Origin: Camelus dromedarius
Taxonomy: Eukaryota
Direction: 5' to 3'
DNA length: 64,000 nt
Assembly (NCBI RefSeq): GCF_036321535.1
Contig: NC_087437.1
Location: forward strand, 86,552,001-86,616,000
Part shown: positions 1-12,517 of the stretch, piece after piece
How the letters are laid out: every line of letters begins with the position of its first letter
How positions within the stretch are numbered: the first letter of the stretch is position 1
Program-made: the position numbers and the translations under genes
Notes under the pieces: model-generated
Seen by the model: only the letters and a program-made list of their open reading frames with translations
The model's database searches: none
Told to the model about the DNA's origin: nothing

Positions 1-2098
1 CTGGACTCTATTTTCCAAACTAATGAAGACATGGAATGGAAAACACATGGCTTTCCAGATATGAGAGTCAGTTTAAAATAGGCATTTTGAGGCAAAAATG
101 TTGAGATTTCTGGAATATTTTAATGCTTGATGAAAAATACTTGAAATCTGGCACATATGGTAAGCATCATACCTACCCAAGTATTTTTCCTTTCCAACCT
201 TGCCCTTCATAATTTTCAGTATGTGTGGGGTTAAGGTGGGAATTACATAAGCACCTGGACCCTGCTTTTCCTTAAGATGGAACAAAAGGTGTGAAATAGG
301 GAACACTTCTGTATGCTGGTGTGTTTATAAATCACTTAGGGTTTTCCTCATGATTTAGTCACAAAGTGATTGAAGGGTGATGATGTTTACAAATTAATAT
401 TTCCTTTTCTGTGAAGTTTAGGCTAGAAGCTTAAGCATCTTCAAGAAGACAGTCCAACAGCTGCTGCCTTGTTGATGAGCTATAGAAATCAGAGACAGGC
501 AGATATAAAAGGAAGTAAGGACAAGAGCAGATGGCCAGAATAGAAGAGTGAATGCTGACTCACCCTTCAGGGCACAGACCCCCATGCTCAGTCGGTGGCA
601 AGTTCTTTTAACTCCTTGTTTGCATGAGATATCACATTAGATATTTTTTTCCAAGAAGAATTTTCCTAAATAGGATGCTCTGACTTTAGCCAAAAGATGA
701 TTTATGTTCTTAAACCAAAGGAGCATCTGCTGGAAGCTCTGATTGCAGTTTTAAAGCTGGAAGGTAGAGTTTGTATTAAAAAAAAATTCTTGATTTTCTT
801 CACAATGAGGTTACTAAGATGCCACCTAGGCAAATTGTTCAAATTCTGCTTAGACAAATTCGTTACGTCACAAAAAAACAGCAAAACAACTTAAAATAAA
901 AAAAAAGTTTAGAAAAATTCCATACATTCCATATATAACATACATTTCTGTTTATCAGTAGTTGATTTTTAAAAAAATCCTAATTTTATTTAAAAAATTT
1001 GTAAGTCAGTAAATGCTATGTTATTGTGTTTTATTGCTTATAATTATCATTTAATCCTATATTAAATGCAGCTGAAGAGGTACATTATTGATATTCCAGT
1101 TTTCTACTTAAATATCTAGTGCTGCTGACTCCAATAATTTAATTAAAACACTGATTGCTTAAAATAAAATGATGCTTGTATTGTATATTATGGGAACACT
1201 TAAAAATTCTGTATAAAATTTGCCTACACCAGTGTCTACACTGCATAGAGTATTATAATAATTGAATATAGTAATCTAGATATTTTATGCAGCGTGCTAT
1301 CTTTAGGGTGTAACATTAATAGCTTGTGCATTGCATAGCCAAATTTATATAATTGCATTTAGACAGGCACATTGATTATAAAGTCATTCTTTCCATTTGC
1401 CCTGCATGTGAACCATACTTACGTATTATTTTTAAAACTAGAAAATGATGATCTTTTTGAGAAGCATTGGTGGTATCTACTCTCAAAAATATTGACAAGA
1501 ACCTAGCTGTCTTTTTTTCTTTTTCAACCCCTTCTCCTTTGGGAATGTAAAGCTATTACACAGTTGTCTCAGCTGCTACTTGGCATTCAAACCAGATCCT
1601 TGAGCTGCCAGACATTTCTAAATCCCAGTCTTTCCTCTTTTCCCAAGTAGTTTACAGTTACAGTACGGCACCCATAAGCTGCATCTCTCAAGGGAACACC
1701 CAGCTGACAGCAGCAGGAACAGGCAGTCCTGCTGTTCAGGTCTCTCCATGAAGACTGTGGCACATTCACAAAGTGACATGCATCCAGCCATCTAACTCAG
1801 TGGACTTCTCAAAGGCCAATTTGTATTCCAAATTTGTTCCTCTAAGGCATTCCTCAAGGACAGAGATTCTAAATTCACAATGCAGAAATTTCAAAGCCTC
1901 TCAAAGTTTGTAGCAGTATGGGTGGCAATAAATTATTTTTTTCCAACATAAATGATGGAATGTCTATTTCAGTACTTTAAATGCTTTGCAGAGGTTTCAA
2001 ATGGCCAGTGTTAGCTTTTTGGTGACAGTGACTTCCACATGTGTAAGTACTGATAGCTTGTTCTTCTTTTTTTTTTTTTTTCATTTACTCAAACTTTT

Positions 2099-2112
2099 GT
2101 GTGTGTGTGTGT
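2099..2112. repeat. (GT)7 microsatellite beside a poly-T tract at about 2067-2081
   Basis: Directly visible in the sequence. Confidence 0.9.
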
Positions 2113-4391
2113 AAACACAAATGTCTGAGACAAGAAATCAAATTTAAAAACCTGTTATGTTGTGTTGAATGTTAAAGTGACAAGGAACTTATTTTTGATA
2201 TCTGTATTAACAGACATTGTGAAAGAAAAAGAGTTAATGTACCCTTGGAGCTACTATTTAAATGACTTTAGCTTTATGGTCTTTTAATGTGGGACCCTTC
2301 AACCTGGAAATGAGGTAGATTTTCCATCCTCTGACTCCAATCTGCTCAGCAGGGTAGCTTCCCCACTATCCTCTGAGCAGCTGTTAGTAGCAGGAGAAAC
2401 AGTGTCCTGCAGTAAAATTGATGGCTTTAACCTACACCGCTCTACAACCCTCAAAGCTCCACTTATTGTTGGGTCTCTTAGCACCTGCTCCCCAAAGCAC
2501 CCGATCTTTTCTCCAATTGGTCTAAATGCAAATTCCAAAAAGAGGATGGCTGCCCAGAAAAACCATAAGGTGGTTCTGTGAGAATTGTGAGGAATTGAGT
2601 GCCTGTTAGTGCTGAGGTCTTCATGAAGATAACAGGAAAGGTCTGCCAAGGCAGGGGTTTTATTGTGATTAAGATCTTAGTTCTAAATCAAGACATGGCA
2701 GCCAGTATCCCTAAATCATTCCTGTGTAGACACTGGGGAGAGGACAGAATGCATTAAGTGAATTTCCAGCAATATTGAGCCTTGCAAATTCCCCTGGTCT
2801 TCCTGGAAGCCTCACATGTGGATAAGTAACACCTACTTGATATTTCCTTTCAGATTCCTGAGGATCAGTTGTCAACCCTTTGAAATGTCCCTTTCAGTAT
2901 AAGACAGGAGCTGGTATTGTCATAATTTGGTAACATGCGGGAAGCAGTTCAGCCTTACGTGTCAAGAGTGATTGGTGTGACGGCAGAATTGTTAATCTTA
3001 ATTTTAAAATGCCACAATACTTCATTTTAGCAATTAATAACTGTCATCCTGTCTTTAAACAAGGGATTCTGGTTATACCTTACTCCAATTTAATGTCAAA
3101 ATGATATTCAAATCAATTTGCAGGCAACTTTTCTTGATGAAATGCATGAATTATTTATTCTTATCATAATGTAGTATTATGTGTTCCTTTATCATGCATG
3201 AAGACATGTAAAGTGATTTGCACATACATTTTATTCTTTTGTTTGGATCACAACTTTAAAATATTATAAAGTTTGGAAAGCTAATTAAACGTAGCCATCA
3301 TATACAACTTTTAAAATAGTCTACCAATAGTCTACCAACTTGGATATTTGGAGCAACTCATCCTTCCCCAGCCATTTCAGTGAAATGTAGTTTTCAATTT
3401 TTTTAAGAAAGGTATGCTCCAAGTTTGTAGTTAAAACAGTTTATCTTAGAAAAAAATCATCATGAAATACACAGTAGTTGGCCAAGCCAAATAATAACAA
3501 TAAAATAACTAGTAGGAGAACTATATATCCAGTTTAGAATGGCAACATGGAGTTTATTTCTCCTTCAAGGAGAACCATTTACCTAAAACACTACAATAAT
3601 TTTGCCACTTTGTAAGCCCTCCCCCTCTCCCAAAAAACATATGCGGGATTAGATGCAAAAAGTATGGAAACTCTTAAGGCATTCTATTTAGGAGTTCTTG
3701 GACATGGCAGTGGGATTTCTCAGAATACAATTTGACCATTGACAGAATTATGTCACTCTCAAGACTGTCTCTTTAAGAATTTGCCTCAGAATTCTTACTT
3801 AACAGAAAACCCAGCAAGTTTGCTTGCTCCAGGTAATTTCACATTAAATTTGACTGAAAAATTTGTATTAAAAGGTAAACATGCTCATATATTCAAACAT
3901 AGAATTTTAAAATACAGACTATTTTCTATGTATTTTAAATAAGATATTAAAATAATTTATGTGAGAAGACTACAGGTACATATAAATTTCATGTTAAGTT
4001 CAGAATAAGAATATTCAGAGGTATGGGAATGAAAAATACCTATATGTGATTAAAAAATTACTTATCTGATTTCTGAGGAGCAGACATCATTGGTGTAGAA
4101 TCCCATCACTGAAAACCATAAAATGGAATATGAAAAGTTGACTGACCTATTAAACAAAAACATATTCTATTATTCTAATTTGCTAATTTCAATTAAAAAG
4201 AAATCAAAGATTGAAGTGTGTTGGTGTAAAATATTGGTAAGCTGAAATGGGTAGGGATAGTTGGATTTGTCAAAGAGAGGAGTTATGTTTTTCTCCCAGA
4301 ATGTTTCCATATTTTAGCACATGTCACACAATCTTTACTTCTGAACACTGAAGGATATGACCCCTTTGTCAAGGTCTGTAAGGGAGACTAT

Positions 4392-4949
4392 TTCTATAGT
4401 TATCTATTGCTGCATAACAAATTATCTTGAGACTGAAAAACACAAGCATTTTTTCACTCATTGTTTTTATTCAGAAATTTGAAGACGGCTTAACCGGATG
4501 GTTCTGAGTCAGAGTCAAGTCAAGTTATTGATTGGGGCTACTATCATTTGAAAATGTGACTGGGGCTGTATGATCCACTTCTGGCATGGCTCAGGTACAT
4601 GACTGTTGGCAGAAGGCCTCTATTCCTTGATGGTTTTGACAAGAAGCCTAAGTTCCTGGCCATATGGACTGCTATATAAAGTTATTTGAGTGTCCTCAAG
4701 TATGATATATATGTGATGCAGGATATGGCATCTGGCTTCCACCCTAGCAATTAATCAAAGAGAGAGTAAAGAGAAATTTGCAAAGTCTTTCATTATCTAA
4801 TCTTGGAAGTCACACACCATCATTTCTATCATGGTCTATTTGATGAAATCAAGTCATCAAATCCAGCCCACACTCAATGGGAGGGAAATTAAGCTCTACT
4901 TCTTGAAGGGAGGTGTATCAACAATTTGTGGATGCATTTTAAAACCACT
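4392..4949 (-). mobile_element. MaLR solo LTR, MLT1 family (MLT1F/G/H-like)
   Basis: Starts tagttatctattgctgcataacaaattat, the reverse complement of the MLT1 LTR 3' end. Contains atccagcccacactca and ends ttttaaaaccac. Subfamily is from recall. Confidence 0.8.
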
Positions 4950-6275
4950 TATCTCTTTTACTTTCATTTTACTTAAAATTTAAAAAGTATATATTCTGTT
5001 CTATTCCAATGCATTTTTTAAACAATTTTGTCTTTAGTCATTGTTCCCAAAGCTCAGATATATTTGCTACTTTCAAATGAACCAAAAAAGCATAAACACA
5101 TAATAACAGCTTTCTTATCTAAAGAAACAAAGTTGCTAATTAAAATATTAAAATGTAAAATAAAGCTGAAATTCGAAAACATATCAGGTGGCACATCTGA
5201 TTCACTGGATCTATAGACCGTATAAACCATGGAATGGTGATTTGTGAGCCTTCAGAAAAATGACAGCCTCTTATAAAAAATTGGTGTGGAACATGTATTT
5301 TCTACAGCTTATAGAAACAAAATAACATGTTAAACTCTTTAAGTATTGTTATTTGATAAACCGTATTTTAAGTTTAGAATTGAGTACAACTTCCTCCAAA
5401 AGGCGTATGTCCTGTTTTGCTTAGGACTCAGTCCTGTGTAAAATCACTGAATGCAATGATGTCCAAAGACACTAAAGGTGAGTAATCTAGACGACTTTTC
5501 ACATTAGTTTAAAGATGGGCAGTTAATTCTTTTCATATATGTCCTGTTTATTCATATTCTCCTTTAAAGATAGTAGATTTTCACATCATTTTTTTGCCAT
5601 TCAATAACAAGTAAAATGTCTGTGTCCTCCAAGAACTTTTAAGTGCATTCTCTGCAAACAATGTAACATTAATACCTAGTCAATACTTCAAAATCAAGAA
5701 TTCTTCTTATTACTGTCTAACCTGCCATCCCTTTATATTGCTAAAAAAACTCTATGAAATAGTACTGGCCAAGTTTCATGACTGAGTTTCAGTTCTTACT
5801 ATCAATGTGATTATTCTCTTTGGGAGGAATGATCCTTAATGTCAGTTCACTGCTAAGGTATTATTATTTATTGTTTAACAGAAAAGAGAAAAGAAGATTA
5901 TCATGCAAATTAAAGCAACTAGTATGGAAATTCAGCTTGGTAAAATTTCAGTTGTGACCATTTTATTATTTTATCTTGTGATGCGTAGTAAAAAGTTTGT
6001 GCTTCTATTTAATGTTTTACTCAGTGAGGGGTTACTGATGGCTTTGGGACAGCTGTGTATCATAATTTATATTGGTGGGCTTAACATGCATAGAAAGATG
6101 GGGAGAGTCCATTCAGGAGGCTGTTTCTAAGTGTAGATGAAGTATGTTGCCAACATGAAAGGTTATTCCATATACAGTACAAACCTTAACATTTTTTTTT
6201 TGTTAAGTTCAAATTTATTTCCAAATTCCCATTTAAGGCATTGTATTATTACTTGTTAAGGCTTTAGTAGTAGTT

Positions 6276-6991
6276 TTCTTTTTGTTTTGTTTTTTAACAT
6301 TTATTAATTAAAATTTTTTTGTTTTTATACAATTTTTACTTTCCATTTACAGTTATTACAAAATATTGGCTATATTCCCTGCGTTATGGACACATCCTTG
6401 AGTCTATCTTATACCCAATAGTTTGTGCCACCCTCTCCTCTACCCCTATATTGCCCCCCCACTGGTAACTATTAGTTTGTTCTATATGTCTGTAAGTTTG
6501 CTTCTTTTTTGTTACATTCATTAGTTTGTTATATTTTTTAAATTCCATGTAAAAGTGATATCATATAATGTTTTTCCTTCTCTGTCTGACTTACTTCACT
6601 TACTGTGATACTCTCTAGCTCCATCCATGTTGCTGCAAATGGCAAAATTTCATTCTTTTTCATGGCTGAATAGTAGTCTATTATATATATATGCCATGTC
6701 TTCTTTCTCTATTCATCTGTTGATGGACACTTCACTTAGGTTGCTTCCATATCTTGGTGATTGTAAATAGTGCTGCTATGAACATTGGAGTGCGTGTATC
6801 TTTACGAATTAGTGTTTTTTTTCCTTTTTTTTTTTTTTTGATATGTACCCAGGAATTGCTTGGTCATACGGTAGTTCTGTTTCTAGTTTTTTGAGAAACC
6901 TCCACACTGTCTTCCACAGTGTCTCTACCACTTTACACTCCCACCAGCAGTGTACAAGGGTTCCCTTTTCTCCACATTGTGGCCAACATTT
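6276..6991 (-). mobile_element. LINE-1 3' end (ORF2 C-terminus, 3' UTR and A-tail), cetartiodactyl/camelid type, running into an N gap
   Basis: T-rich tail at left, then typical L1 3' text (ccatccatgttgctgcaaatggcaaaatttcattcttttt; gatggacac; tgctgctatgaacattgg). The minus-strand translation [42 protein letters not shown] matches the L1 ORF2p C-terminal region. Confidence 0.95.
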
Positions 6992-7126
6992 NNNNNNNNN
7001 NNNNNNNNNNNNNNNNNNNNNNNNNNNNNNNNNNNNNNNNNNNNNNNNNNNNNNNNNNNNNNNNNNNNNNNNNNNNNNNNNNNNNNNNNNNNNNNNNNNN
7101 NNNNNNNNNNNNNNNNNNNNNNNNNN
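6992..7126. other. Assembly gap (135 N)
   Basis: N run, adjacent to L1 sequence. Confidence 0.99.
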
Positions 7127-8455
7127 TAGTTTGAGTAGTTGAAATGAACACTGCACTAATATTGATGTGTAGGATAAATGATAATATAAATGCTAAAATG
7201 CATATTTCTTTGAGATTATTAGTGTGGTTTAACTCTAGCTGGAGATCAGATATAGATTTAAATTAGAAGATTTATGGATATTCCTCAAAAGAGCTAGAAT
7301 TTTATTTCTTGTAATTTTTGTCTTGTAATGCTTAGGGAACCCAAAGTGCTGTGGAAATTTTCACCTTTTGTTTACAATGTTTGTTTGTAAGAGAACCGTG
7401 GAAACTTCTGGGAGGCTGACAAGCCAGTGATTTTCATGGGCAATTAAGCATCATGGGAGGAAGGAGAGCTGAAAGTGTTTCCCATTCTACCCAACTGTCT
7501 CCTGTGGCATCCCTTTTTCTCTGAAACCCAGGCAAGGCAGACTTAAACTCCACCTACCTAGATAGTGGCTCAAAGCCATCTCTATCTTCCCAGACCTCAC
7601 TTCCCTGCAGAGTTCCATCTTCTAGTTTAATCATTGTAATTATGGTCATGAACAAGCCTCTTTTGATGCATGATTCTTCCTGCTGCTGGTCACCCCTTCA
7701 AGTGTAGTCCAGCCACATATTTTAACTTTTTTTCCCATGGGCTATAGCATCCTTGGAAAGGCCACTTTTTTACTACACCTTTATCATGTAGAGGTCATAT
7801 AGAGGTGAAAATAGGGCTTCTTAGTTATATTCTTGATCACTTGATGTGTAGAAGGCATCAGATTCAATAACCTTGCACACACTTTCCTGATCCTGCTTGA
7901 TGGGGGCAGAGGATTTCATATTAGTCCTTTAATTGTGTTTTTCAATTTTTTTGGAAAGATAATTGCTCATATACTTTATCAAGCTTCTAAATGATGTGCT
8001 AAGTGGTATGGACATCAAATTATTGACTCTGAATTGTTTTAAAACACACATACTCTTACACATAAAGATATATTATATGGTCTGTAGTGCTGAAAGTTTG
8101 AGAAAGCTTTTGGTGTGGCCAGAAACCTAATGCAGCAGAAACTGGCTTTTGTTACTGTGGTGCAGTCGGCAATTATTTGCTTAACCTCAGGGCTTTGTTG
8201 GCTGATCTGTCTAACTACTTTTCTCCCTCAGCCTAAGAGAGATTAATACTAGCAACCAAGGTTCTGGGCTCCTCTAACATGGCAGATGGTGGACGTCACC
8301 ATACTTCAGGCTTGCCCTTGCCTGCCTATCGGACATACTTGGACTGCCTGCCAGCTGTGGCGACAGTTAACAAGAGAAAAATTAACTTTACAGAGATCAA
8401 GTCTTGGAATGTGAGCAACCCTGGGAATCTGATTAAGAGCACAAGATAAAAGATG

Positions 8456-8819
8456 GAGGAAGTAATGTAACGCTCAGGAGTGGACCATAGGGGGATCGTA
8501 AAGCTCAGTGGTAGAGCATTTGCTTAGAATGCATGAGGTCCTGGGTTCAATCCCCAGTACCTCCATTAGAAAAAAAAAGTGTGGACCACAGGCTTTGCAA
8601 CCAGACCATTTGTTCAAATCCTGGTTCAGCCAGTATCTGTATTACTGGGCATTAATTATTTACCTTCTTTATTGTATTATTTTTTATCATTAAATAAAGA
8701 TATAATAGTGCATACTCCGCATGATTATCGTAAGGATTAAATGAGTTTGCATATGTAAATCACTCAGGACATTTGCTGCCATGTTTTAAGCCCTATGTGA
8801 GTGTTTTCTATTATTATTT
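8456..8819 (+). mobile_element. MIR SINE interrupted by a Vic-1-like SINE
   Basis: caggctttgcaaccagaccatttgttcaaatcctggttc, then gtaaggattaaatgagtttgcatatgtaaatcactcaggac and ctattattatt, follow the MIR core and 3' end. Confidence 0.75.
8490..8578 (+). mobile_element. tRNA-derived SINE, camelid Vic-1-like (short form)
   Basis: gggggatcgtaaagctcagtggtagagc (A box), ggttcaatccccagtacctcc (B box) and an A tail. Flanking direct repeat gtggacca at 8480-8487 and 8581-8588. Confidence 0.9.
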
Positions 8820-10164
8820 AAAAGACTGCACAACACATCTTTCTCAGTCTTCCACTTTTCTATTGCAGGGCATAACATCATTCTAATTTACAGTTTCACA
8901 ATAATTCAAGCATCCATGTATATTTTTATAACAGATTTCTCTAAAACCAAGGAACAGTTCTCTTTACCTCTCAAAGTATTCTTTTATCAAGAAATCATAA
9001 ACTATTGTGAAGTTTGTTAACCAAGATGGCAGCTCCTATTAGGCACAGATAACTGTTGCAGGTGATGATAAAGCTGAGAGAAAAGGAAATGAAGATTGTC
9101 TCAATATTGTACATTTTAAATTTAGTCAGCTACCAAATGTCTCTTTCCTCTCCTTTTTCTTAAGCCCTGGAATCTGTGCTGACTGAGCCCATCTGGGAAA
9201 GCACACCAACCAGATGGCTGTTGTGAACTATTGGGGAGGCCCTGTGGCAGTGAGAGCAAGTTTCAGAAAAGAAAGCTCTTTGGGATACAATGAATACAGG
9301 CCTAATTTATATTTTAGGGCTTTTGAAGGAGATTAAGGCCAACAGTGGCATGATTTTAAACTACATTTGGGAGGGTTTTGTCTTTATGCCAGTGAAACTG
9401 ATTATAAGTTCGGGGAGCTTTGGAAGTGTGAAAAGATTCCCTAAAAAAAGGGAGGCTGAATAATTGTATAGCTGTGCAGATTACAAACAGTATGTAAAAA
9501 GGATTGAGGTTAAATAGCCTCATCAAAGCAATGTCCTCTTCAATCGCTTATTGTCACAGGGATTATGACTTTAGGAGAGGTATAACCAGCAGGGGATAAA
9601 GGAATGGCATTCTCCTTCCTTTTTAATGCCAAAGCACTTGAACAATTGATAACAAGGGATTAGAAACCAAAAATATATTGTGGTCTTGTTCTATTCAGAC
9701 TAATGTCAAGGTTGAAGACACATGGTTCATGAACTTGAGAAGCATTAGTGCACTTGTTATGCAGCATCCGCAGACCTTATGTGTCTAGATTCCTAGCAAA
9801 TACCATGATGACAAAAATTAGTTCTGGTCTAAGTTAATCAGTAAATCAGACACAGATACTCATCTGGCATTTCAAACATGGATCTTAATCCTCCTCTCAT
9901 CTTCTCTTTATTAGATGGCCAATATTAGATTTACTTATTTCTCTGAAGGTCCGTTTTCCTTTGGGAGATGTCTCATAACACATGATGAAGGATTCTGGAA
10001 CAATAAACTGAAGCTTAATCAACACCGGTCTATATGAAAAATGCAATGAATGTTTATCATATTTCTCCATGCTTGGTGACTCTGCCATTCAGCCACATTT
10101 TGCAATTCATAGTTGCCTCAGATAGTTAGTTTGTGACTGACTCCATCATGACTATTGATTAGTT

Positions 10165-10285
10165 ATTCATTAATTAATTAACAACTGTGTGTTGAGGACC
10201 CATATGTGCTGGGTGCACAGGAATGCAAAGATGAACACTCTTTCTCCCTTCAGGCATCTCACTCTCTAGTAGGTTGGAAATACCA
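10165..10285 (-). mobile_element. L2 3' end fragment
   Basis: ttcattaattaattaacaactgtgtgttgaggacccatatgtgctggg, then agatgaacac and caggcatctcactctctagt, resembles the reverse-complemented L2 tail. Confidence 0.6.
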
Positions 10286-10542
10286 AAACTTGTCATACAA
10301 AGTTCTAAATTCAGTGATAGAGGTAAGTTCAGGGTATTAATATAAACCCTGTCCCTCAAACATAAATAGAGAGGCAGAAAATGAAGCAGGTGGATGAGGC
10401 AAATGAAAAAATAATATAATATGTGAAAGCTTGTCTGAGATTTCTGAACTAGTGATATAAATTTGGTAATCATCCAAGTGAGTGGGTAAAATTCCCTAAT
10501 GAATGGCTTCCAGATGGGAAGGCTCTGAAAGATCTTTAGTCC

Positions 10543-11048
10543 TGTTGCATTAGTTATCTCTTGCTGTATACCAAATTACTCCCAACCTTAGCAGCTTAAA
10601 ACATTTATTATCTCATACACTTTGTGAAGGTAAGGAATCTAAGAGTGGTTTAGCTCAGTGGTTCTGACTCAGACAACCTGTCATTATGGTCTGTAGTCAT
10701 CTTAGGTTCCACTGGTAGAAGGTCCACTTCCAACTAGGCTCATTCACATGTCTGTTGACTGGACTCCCCAGTTTCTTTATATGTGGGCCTCTCCATAGGC
10801 TGCCTGGATATTCTTAGAAGGTGGAAGCCTATTCCCATAAAGCAAGTGATCTGATTAAGAGAATGAGCCAGAGAGATTATCCTCCTGGAGATGGAGTCTT
10901 TGGGGACAAGCCATAACTTTTGTCATATTTTAGTCATCAGCAGTATGACCTGAAATCTAGCCCACACTCAGGTGCCTGAGAATAAAGTTTTGTCCCTTGA
11001 AGGGAAAACAGTTTTGAAGAATTTTTGGACATATTTTTGAAACTATCA
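10543..11048 (-). mobile_element. MaLR solo LTR, MLT1 family
   Basis: Starts cattagttatctcttgctgtataccaaattactcccaaccttagcagcttaaaaca and contains ctagcccacactca. Same architecture as 4392-4949. Confidence 0.8.
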
Positions 11049-11408
11049 AATTGCTGTAACAAAAATAAATCCTGGATAAACTAAAAAATCATGCTTTCCT
11101 TTAAAGTCACTGGAAAGCTATGGATGCATTGAAATTTGAAGGAACTAAGTTCCAGAGGGATAATGTTTTCTAAAAAGACTGAGGGTCAAAGGATGCTTCT
11201 ATGCCTGGAGTCAGTTGATGAGGCTGGGATAGAGACGATGCTGACATTTTTCCTTAAGTACTTTCTCATTTTTCCTTGAATTGATGATTAATCACTAAGA
11301 GTCTGTCATTATCTCTCTTCAACGAAGCAAGACAGGTCAGGAGTTTTCACTTAATTCCCAGCCCTTATTTTGATCACTTCCCTAGTTTCTTTTTAGTAGT
11401 AGATACGT

Positions 11409-11880
11409 TGTAGCAGCCATTGGGGCCCCTTCTACCAGTATGCCATCCAGTGAAATCTTTAACCATTGTATTATAATAGAATGTTAGGGACTATCCACAT
11501 TCTGCATACTACTGGTGTCAAGATTCTCATTGCTAGGGTAGCCATCATCTGAGAAGGGCATGGCAACTAGGGGATCAGACTCCTCAGGGAGGAAAGTCAT
11601 CCCACCAAAACTGTTATCCTACCAGAATAGGAATTAGCTGAAGAAAGGGGACTCTAGAATGGATGATAGAGAAGGGAGATGATTAAGTATCAGAATTTCC
11701 AGCCAGGGACCAACCCTGAGGACTCTGCATATGGATGACCAAGGTCTGCATACAGGGGTCATGGGAACAGACTTGCATGGCAAGAATGCTGACATCAGCT
11801 AAAGGCTGAGTCAGTCCTCTGATAAGCTAATGATAGAGGGCACAGAAGGAATCTCTAGGGTCATGCATAGTTGCCTCTCA
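11409..11880. mobile_element. Probable old ERVL-type LTR fragment (LTR16-like)
   Basis: GC-richer block starting tgtagcagccattggggcccc, embedded among repeats. Family assignment is weak. Confidence 0.35.
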
Positions 11881-12127
11881 TCATTAACATTGTAAAAATG
11901 TTTATTCTTCCAATATTAATTAAAAAAATCAATATGAATCCCAAATAAAACTCCAGCAGGTTATTTTGAAAAATTCAACTTATTATAAAGTTTATATGGT
12001 ACTACCTATCTTTTTCTTAAAGGGAGCCTACATCCTAAATGTTATGAAGATATGCTATACAAACAGTAATAAAAATAATTTGGCACTAGGGTAGGCACAG
12101 CATACAGACTATTGGAACAGACTAGAG

Positions 12128-12225
12128 CAGGGTTCCTCAACCCCAGCATTATTTGTATTTTGAGCCAAATAATTTGTTGGTGGAGTGGCAGAGAGGCTGT
12201 TCTGTGCAATGTAAGTGGGTAGCCT
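12128..12225. mobile_element. MER20 (hAT-Charlie) fragment
   Basis: cagggttcctcaaccccagcattatttgtattttgagccaaataatt, then ggctgttctgtgcaatgtaag, resembles the MER20 left half. Confidence 0.7.
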
Positions 12226-12235
12226 ATATCATTCA

Positions 12236-12517
12236 TAGGTCTGAAGGGGCCAAAGGAAGGAATGATTATCAGAAGGTATCAGAACTGCACCTGTGGTAGA
12301 GGCATGTGGTAGACTAATGCAGCTACTGCCAAATCATGGTCTAGAAGGCAGGAAGTCGGTAGAATAACTTTTCTCCTATTGTCTGAGCATACTTGGAAAC
12401 CAGAAGGCAAAGGAGGCTGGCTGAAGCAGTTCACTAAGGTCAGTTTCTTGGGTCACAAAGCAGGATGGAGAAAATTGACAGTTGATCTACAGGGGCATAA
12501 ACAGATTATTCAGCACT
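12236..12517 (-). mobile_element. ERVL LTR33-like fragment (5' portion)
   Basis: The reverse complement begins gtgctgaataatctgtttatgcccctgtagatcaactgtcaattttctccatcctgctttgtgaccc, as at the LTR33 start. Confidence 0.65.

Noticed and set aside
6809-7156. ORFs spanning N runs (also 24945-25298, 25502-25779 and 33125-33703)
   Set aside because: Their length comes from translating N as X. The flanking real residues are L1 remnants or short.
8490-8578. Functional tRNA gene (also 54646-54723)
   Set aside because: There is an A-rich tail, a TSD and a diverged stem. This is SINE architecture, not an intact cloverleaf.
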